Source: Okeania sp.
GTDB taxonomy: Bacteria; Cyanobacteriota; Cyanobacteriia; Cyanobacteriales; Microcoleaceae
Length of the DNA stretch: 32,000 nt
NCBI RefSeq assembly: GCF_035285525.1
Contig: NZ_JAYKGW010000070.1
Span: 4,420 to 36,419, forward strand
Reading direction: 5' to 3'
The notes below the pieces were generated by a model, which saw only the letters and a list, made by a program, of their open reading frames with translations, was not told the origin of the DNA and did no database searches. Positions 27,082 through 32,000 of this stretch are shown here, one piece after another. Both the position numbers and the translations under genes were made by a program. The stretch's first letter is position 1; each line of letters opens with the position of its first letter.

Positions 27082-30000
27082 CTAACTTTTGACTTTTGAC
27101 TTTTGACTTTTGACTTGAAAACCTCCACCACCTGGAGTTTCAATCACAAACACATCACCCACATTCATCTCCACAGTAGCAATACCTCCCAACTCCTCAA
27201 CTTTTCCATCATTCCTTTCCACATAATTTTTTCCTACCAAACCATCACCCCCACCATTCAAACCAGGGGGAGAAACAAAGCGACGACCTGATAATATTCC
27301 AGCAGTCATCTCCTCCAAAAAACGCATTCGCCGAATTACCCCATCACCACCCTTATATAAACCTTCACCTCCACTACCATAACGAATAGTAAAACTTTCT
27401 AGTAATATCGGAAAGCGGAATTCCAAAACTTCGGGATCGGTTAGCCGGGAGTTAGTCATGTGGGTATGCACCGCATCTGTGCCATTAAAGTTCATACCTG
27501 CACCAGAACCTCCACAGATAGTTTCATAATATTGATACTTACTATTACCAAAAGTAAAATTATTCATAGTTCCCTGAGATGATGCCATTATTCCTAAAGC
27601 ATTGTATAAAGTATCAGCGATCGCCTGGGAAGTTTCGACATTTCCTGCTACTACTGCTGCTGGATATTTGGGGTTTAACATACTATTTTGAGGAATGATA
27701 ATTTCTAATGGTTTGAGACAACCTGCATTGAGGGGGATATCATCATCAACTAGGGTACGAAAGACGTATAATACTGCTGCTTTACAAACTGCTTTTGGTG
27801 CGTTGAAGTTGTTAGGAAGTTGGGGAGATGTGTCTGTGAAATCTATTTTGGCAGTGAGATTTTTGGGGTCGATACTGACAGAAATTGAAATTTTATTGCC
27901 GTCGTCTAGAATGCAGGTTGCAGTTTTATTGGTGAGTGATGAAGATAATTTGTTGATAGCTTTTCGCACTGAGTTTTCGGCATTATTTTGCACAAATTTC
28001 ATGTAGGTTTGTACGGTTTGTAAACCATAATTTTCTGTCATTTTTTGCAGTTCTTGTACGCCTTTTTCATTGGCAGCTACTTGTGCTTGTAAGTCGGCGA
28101 TATTTTGGTTTGTGTTTCTGGCAGGATATTTGCCGGAGGTAAGGATTTTTAATATTTCTTTTTCTTGAAATTTTCCGTTTTTGACAAGTTGGAAATTGTC
28201 GATTAATATTCCTTCTTCTTCGACTGTTTTACTATGGGGTGGCATTGAACCTGGAGTAATTCCGCCAATATCTGCATGGTGTCCGCGAGAGGCGACATAA
28301 AATATGGGAGTTGGTATTTTTTCTTCTGTGTTTTCAGGGGAAGTTGGGGAAATATTTGTCTGATTTTCTAAAGTTAAGTTTTGATTAATAGGAAGTTTTG
28401 CCAAAGGGAAATTTTCAGTAATAGATTTATTTCCTAAACCAAGATTTTTCTCAGATAAACTTTCTGAAGAGGAGTTATTTTCTGGGAAATTCTTTAGACA
28501 GATATTTGTCTGATTTTCTAAAGTTAAGTTTTTATCTAAATTTTCTTCAGGGGAATTAGTTTCCGGAACAATATCATCATTATTATTTTTCTTTTCCAAA
28601 TCCTGCTGCACAATAAAATAAGAATCTTTTGATTTTTCTAGACTTAGAAATACAGGAGTAATAACTGTTATATCTGGCAGATGAGTACCACCATTGTAAG
28701 GATTATTTAAAACATAAACATCTCCTGGTTTAAGGATATTACCTTTCTCAGAAATTAAAGCATTAACACTTTCACTCATCGAACCTAAATGTATAGGAAT
28801 GTGAGGAGCATTAGCAACTAATTCTCCGTCTTTGTCAAAAATAGCGCAGGAAAAATCTAATCTTTCTTTAATATTTACTGAAGAACTCGTATTTTGTAAT
28901 GTAATTCCCATTTGTTCAGCGATCGCTCGAAATAAGTTATTAAATATTTCTAGCATTACGGGGTCTGCTGAAGCAGGAATTTTGTCTTCAGATTTACTAA
29001 TTATCTCTACAGAAGAATCTGTAGTTTTTATTTTGGTTAATATGAGATGATTTTTGGCAGTTAATTCTGCTTCCCAACCAGGTTCGATAATATTAGTTCC
29101 AGTTTTTTCGATGATTAATGCTGGACTATTAATTTTGTCTCCCACTTGTAAATTTTCTCGGAGATAAATAGGAGTATTATGCCATTTTCCGGCTGTATAA
29201 ACTTGTGTTGTTGTCACTGGAGTTGTAGGAGATTTTCTAGTAGGAGATTTTTCTATTTCTTCTGGAGTTTCCATTTGCTGAATAACCTCTAGAGAAACAG
29301 CTTCAACTATTAAAGATTTTTCGGCCATAATAAATCCATATCTTTGTCGATGAGCTGTTTCAAATTCGGCTTTTATTGCCGAAATATTTTCAGAAAAGTC
29401 TACTATTAATGTTGAATCACTACCTTGATATTTGAGATGAACTTTTAATAACAACGATGTAACACAAGCATCTTGCTTGTTAAAATTATTCCTTTCTGAA
29501 ATTAAATCTGTTGTAGATTCTAAATTTGAATTTTCCGACGAATAATTTTCAGATATTAACTCTTGCTTTGCTTCAATTTCTAACTTAGCAAAAATCCCCT
29601 TCAACTCCGACAATAATTCCGAACTTAGCATTTTTTCAACCGCCTTTTCCTTCATAACTCGAATATCCGCCAATCCCATTCCATAAGCAGATAAAACTCC
29701 CGCATAAGGATGAATAAAAATTTGTTTCATTCCCAAAGCATCAGCAATTAAACAAGCGTGTTGCCCCCCTGCTCCTCCAAAACAACAAAGAGTATATTCC
29801 GAAACATCATAACCCTTTTGCAAAGAAATTTTCTTAATCGCATTTGCCATTTTTTCCACGGCAATAGCTAAATATCCACTTGCCACTTCTTCAGGTTTTT
29901 TACCATTACCTATTTCCGCTGCTAACTGAATAAACTTTTCTCGAACAACCTGGAAATTTAAAGGTAAATTTCCCTCATTGCCAAACACTTTAGGAAAAAA

Positions 30001-31461
30001 TTCCGGCTGTATTTTTCCCACCATTAAATTACAATCTGTAATAGTTAAAGGTCCGCCTTTTCCATAAGCAGCAGGTCCAGGATTTGCTCCAGCAGATTCA
30101 GGTCCGACACGATATCTAGCACCATCAAAAAATAAAATTGAACCTCCTCCAGCAGCAACAGTATGTATCGACATCATCGGAGTTCGTAACCTAACTCCAG
30201 CAATTTCTGTTTCAAATTCTCGTTCATATTCTATTGTTTTATTCCCTGCTCCAGCATAATGAGCAACATCTGTAGAAGTACCTCCCATATCAAAACTAAT
30301 TATCTTATGAAAACCTGCCATTCTACTTGTTTGAACAGCTCCCACAATTCCTCCAGCAGGACCTGATAAAATACTATCTTTTCCTTGAAATTTTTGAGCA
30401 TCTGTTAAACCACCATTCGACTGCATAAACATTAGTTTGACTGGATTTGGTTTGGAGAATTTGCTACTATTTAAACTCTGTTTTTTTAATTTCAAATCTA
30501 ATCTTTTTTCCGGTTTTTTTTCATCTCCTAGCTCAACGTCTATTTTTCCTATTTCCAAATCAGGAGTTTGTTGAAATTTATTTATTTCTGAACCATCTTT
30601 ACTACTTAAACTTTCTTTGGCTAAATTAAAATTAAAATCTTTTTCCGGTTCTTTTTCATCCTCTAGCTCAACATCTATTTTTCCCTTTTCCAAAGAATAA
30701 TTTTCCTGAAAAATTCTATTTTCTTTCCCACAATTTTCAGAAGATTCTAAATAACTACTAACTTGATTAACATATCGTCGTAAAATTGGTGATAAATAAG
30801 CATCAACCACCGTAGTATCTCCCCGACTAACTAATTTCATTAAAGGACTAACTTCATGGGAAACAGATATTTGAGTAAATCCAATTTCTTCAGAAATTTC
30901 TTTAATTTTTTGTTCATGCTTCGGATAGCGATAACCGTGCATTAAAACAATCGCACAACTTCTAATTCCTTCCTTATATACTGTTTCCAGTTGATAAATT
31001 AATTCTGTTGTTTGAAGTGGAATTGTTTCTTCCCCTTTAACTGTATAACGACACTCAACCTCAATAACTTTTTCATAGAGCATTTCTGGCAAAATAATTT
31101 CCCTAGCAAAAATATTAGGGCGGTTTTGATAACCAATTCTTAGAGCATCTTTAAAACCCTTATTAATTACTAAAACTGTGCGATCACCTTTCCTTTCTAA
31201 TAAAGCATTTGTCGCTACAGTTGTACCCATTTTTATTACTTCTATTTCTGCTGAAGGTATAGGTTCATTTTCAGAAATTCCTAATATTTCTCTAATTCCT
31301 TGAACTGGTGCATCGGGGTAGCGTTCTGGATTTTCTGATAGTAATTTATGAATAATAATTTCACCGTCGGGAGCTTTGGCTACTATGTCTGTAAATGTGC
31401 CTCCACGGTCTATCCAAAATTGCCAACGATTGTTAGTAATTGATGTGTTGTTTATATTCAT
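27082..31461 (-). CDS. 5-oxoprolinase (ATP-hydrolysing), fused hydantoinase A (HyuA) / hydantoinase B (HyuB), with two large in-frame low-complexity insertions
   Basis: The N-terminus is WQFWIDRGGTFTDIVA. Further motifs are MQSNGGL, SGPAGGIVG, FDMGGTSTDV, then the HyuB half with NPYNGGTHLPDITVITPVF and ASRGHHADIGGITPGSMPP. At 1459 aa it is longer than the lengths I recall for this fused enzyme class. The excess maps to aa about 238-340 and to about 114 aa between PVF and IFYVASRGHH. Confidence 0.9.
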   Translation of the reverse strand: MNINNTSITNNRWQFWIDRGGTFTDIVAKAPDGEIIIHKLLSENPERYPDAPVQGIREILGISENEPIPSAEIEVIKMGTTVATNALLERKGDRTVLVINKGFKDALRIGYQNRPNIFAREIILPEMLYEKVIEVECRYTVKGEETIPLQTTELIYQLETVYKEGIRSCAIVLMHGYRYPKHEQKIKEISEEIGFTQISVSHEVSPLMKLVSRGDTTVVDAYLSPILRRYVNQVSSYLESSENCGKENRIFQENYSLEKGKIDVELEDEKEPEKDFNFNLAKESLSSKDGSEINKFQQTPDLEIGKIDVELGDEKKPEKRLDLKLKKQSLNSSKFSKPNPVKLMFMQSNGGLTDAQKFQGKDSILSGPAGGIVGAVQTSRMAGFHKIISFDMGGTSTDVAHYAGAGNKTIEYEREFETEIAGVRLRTPMMSIHTVAAGGGSILFFDGARYRVGPESAGANPGPAAYGKGGPLTITDCNLMVGKIQPEFFPKVFGNEGNLPLNFQVVREKFIQLAAEIGNGKKPEEVASGYLAIAVEKMANAIKKISLQKGYDVSEYTLCCFGGAGGQHACLIADALGMKQIFIHPYAGVLSAYGMGLADIRVMKEKAVEKMLSSELLSELKGIFAKLEIEAKQELISENYSSENSNLESTTDLISERNNFNKQDACVTSLLLKVHLKYQGSDSTLIVDFSENISAIKAEFETAHRQRYGFIMAEKSLIVEAVSLEVIQQMETPEEIEKSPTRKSPTTPVTTTQVYTAGKWHNTPIYLRENLQVGDKINSPALIIEKTGTNIIEPGWEAELTAKNHLILTKIKTTDSSVEIISKSEDKIPASADPVMLEIFNNLFRAIAEQMGITLQNTSSSVNIKERLDFSCAIFDKDGELVANAPHIPIHLGSMSESVNALISEKGNILKPGDVYVLNNPYNGGTHLPDITVITPVFLSLEKSKDSYFIVQQDLEKKNNNDDIVPETNSPEENLDKNLTLENQTNICLKNFPENNSSSESLSEKNLGLGNKSITENFPLAKLPINQNLTLENQTNISPTSPENTEEKIPTPIFYVASRGHHADIGGITPGSMPPHSKTVEEEGILIDNFQLVKNGKFQEKEILKILTSGKYPARNTNQNIADLQAQVAANEKGVQELQKMTENYGLQTVQTYMKFVQNNAENSVRKAINKLSSSLTNKTATCILDDGNKISISVSIDPKNLTAKIDFTDTSPQLPNNFNAPKAVCKAAVLYVFRTLVDDDIPLNAGCLKPLEIIIPQNSMLNPKYPAAVVAGNVETSQAIADTLYNALGIMASSQGTMNNFTFGNSKYQYYETICGGSGAGMNFNGTDAVHTHMTNSRLTDPEVLEFRFPILLESFTIRYGSGGEGLYKGGDGVIRRMRFLEEMTAGILSGRRFVSPPGLNGGGDGLVGKNYVERNDGKVEELGGIATVEMNVGDVFVIETPGGGGFQVKSQKSKVKS

Positions 31462-31628
31462 ATTAATGTTGGGAGAAATAGTTTTGATTTTTTACTGAAA
31501 AATAGTAATGGTTATTGCTATACATAATTATAGAAGGTTGTTATTGCGATGGGAATGGAGTGGAAGAAAGCAATCTCAAACTTTGCCACAATTAATCCGT
31601 GTATCCGTGGCAAAATCCTTGTGAGCAA

Positions 31629-32000
31629 GTTGAATAAAAAGTCTAGTGTATGGGCGAACACACCCCAACTAAATTTATTATATCAGACCGGGTTGCGGAA
31701 TGCAACCCCAATATCTTCTTTCGGCGCCACTTTTTTTGGTGCTTCAGAGAATGAAAAATTTTCGCCAGGTAAATAGAGAGATTTTTCTGGGGCGGATATT
31801 TCTCAATTTTTGGTGTTTCAGAAAATGAAAAATTTTCCTGGTAAATAGGAAGGAGGCGATCGCTCACACAACAACTTCTCAATTTCGGGTGCTTCACAGA
31901 ATGAAAAATTCTCAGGTAAATAGAAGGATTTTTCCGAGTCAAAACACTACTTCTCAATTTCGGGTGCTTCACAGAATGAAAAATTCTCAGGTAAATAGAA
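31629..32000 (+). repeat. third copy of the roughly 150-nt element (31629-31790), whose 3' part is amplified into a tandem array with a period of about 75 nt running off the window edge
   Basis: Unit cores lie at 31715-31780, 31800-31853, 31875-31927 and 31950-32000: CTTCTCAATTTCGGGTGCTTCACAGAATGAAAAATTCTCAGGTAAATAGAAGG. They are separated by segments of about 19-22 nt (ATTTTTCTGGGGCGGATAT, AGGCGATCGCTCACACAACAA, ATTTTTCCGAGTCAAAACACTA). The hairpin GGGTTGC-GGAAT-GCAACCC is at 31690-31708. Confidence 0.85.
31893..31922 (+). promoter_or_regulatory. sigma70-like promoter motif repeated in each array unit (TTCACA-N18-TAAATA)
   Basis: TTCACA (31893-31898) and TAAATA (31917-31922) are 18 nt apart. 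The same arrangement recurs in the next unit (31968-31997). In the two more diverged units it is TTCAGA with a 19-21 nt spacer. This is motif-level evidence only. Confidence 0.3.

Noticed and set aside
31462-31560. NtcA site (GTA-N8-TAC) or promoter upstream of the oxoprolinase gene
   Set aside because: I found only GTA...TAC pairs with the wrong spacing (N13). A TATAAT hexamer is present on the minus strand at 31527-31532, but without a credible -35 element, so no promoter is called.
31549-31972. ORFs 31549..31776 (+) and 31643..31972 (-)
   Set aside because: Both lie entirely in the repeat element and tandem array. Their repetitive peptide (IFHSVKHPKLRS...) simply mirrors the DNA repeat, and I recognise no protein family.
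31715-32000. Repeat-spacer-like periodic array that superficially resembles a CRISPR locus
   Set aside because: The conserved part is about 52 nt and the variable part only about 19-22 nt. Two of the three variable segments are clearly related to each other (ATTTTTC(T/C)G...). The units derive from the 3' end of a dispersed 150-nt element, and no cas genes are nearby.

Overview
The window looks like a low-GC chromosome segment from a filamentous, Nostocales-type cyanobacterium. Supporting signs are HIP1 octamers (GCGATCGC) in nearly every gene, many heptamer STRR arrays (CTGATAA/CAGTTAT, TTCCCTG, CCTTCTT), nested MITE/SDR-type small repeats and a CyanoQ (psbQ) gene.

Core genes that can be called:
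- a partial SDR oxidoreductase
- psbQ
- a ThiO-like FAD oxidoreductase
- an EF-G paralogue
- a TPR membrane protein
- a YqjG-type glutathionyl-hydroquinone reductase
- tsaE
- a yvcK-family gene
- an MlaF-like ABC ATPase with an MlaD/MCE protein
- thrB
- a 1459-aa fused hydantoinase A/B-type 5-oxoprolinase

An accessory, defence-island-like block of about 10.7 kb (about 2,920-13,680) lies between the FAD oxidoreductase and the EF-G gene. In order it contains:
- a multiply frameshifted tnpB
- an intact 403-aa ORF that fuses a DarT-type DNA ADP-ribosyltransferase domain to a DarG-type macrodomain in one polypeptide
- a decayed HEPN/MNT toxin-antitoxin pair
- a Uma2-family endonuclease
- a 1653-aa Upf1/DNA2-like SF1 helicase, with a beta-helix/Ig-like N-terminus and about 700 aa of coiled-coil-like sequence between helicase motifs Ia and II, bracketed by copies of one MITE family

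Other notable signals:
- CTGATAA heptamer arrays butt directly against four start codons in the sense orientation.
- A roughly 150-nt element occurs three times around the oxoprolinase gene. At the right window edge its 3' part is amplified into a tandem array with a period of about 75 nt, possibly a tandem small-RNA array.
- The oxoprolinase ORF carries two in-frame low-complexity insertions with internal duplications.

I recognised no rRNA, tRNA or genuine CRISPR array by eye. All domain calls rest on motif recognition from the supplied translations, not on database searches.
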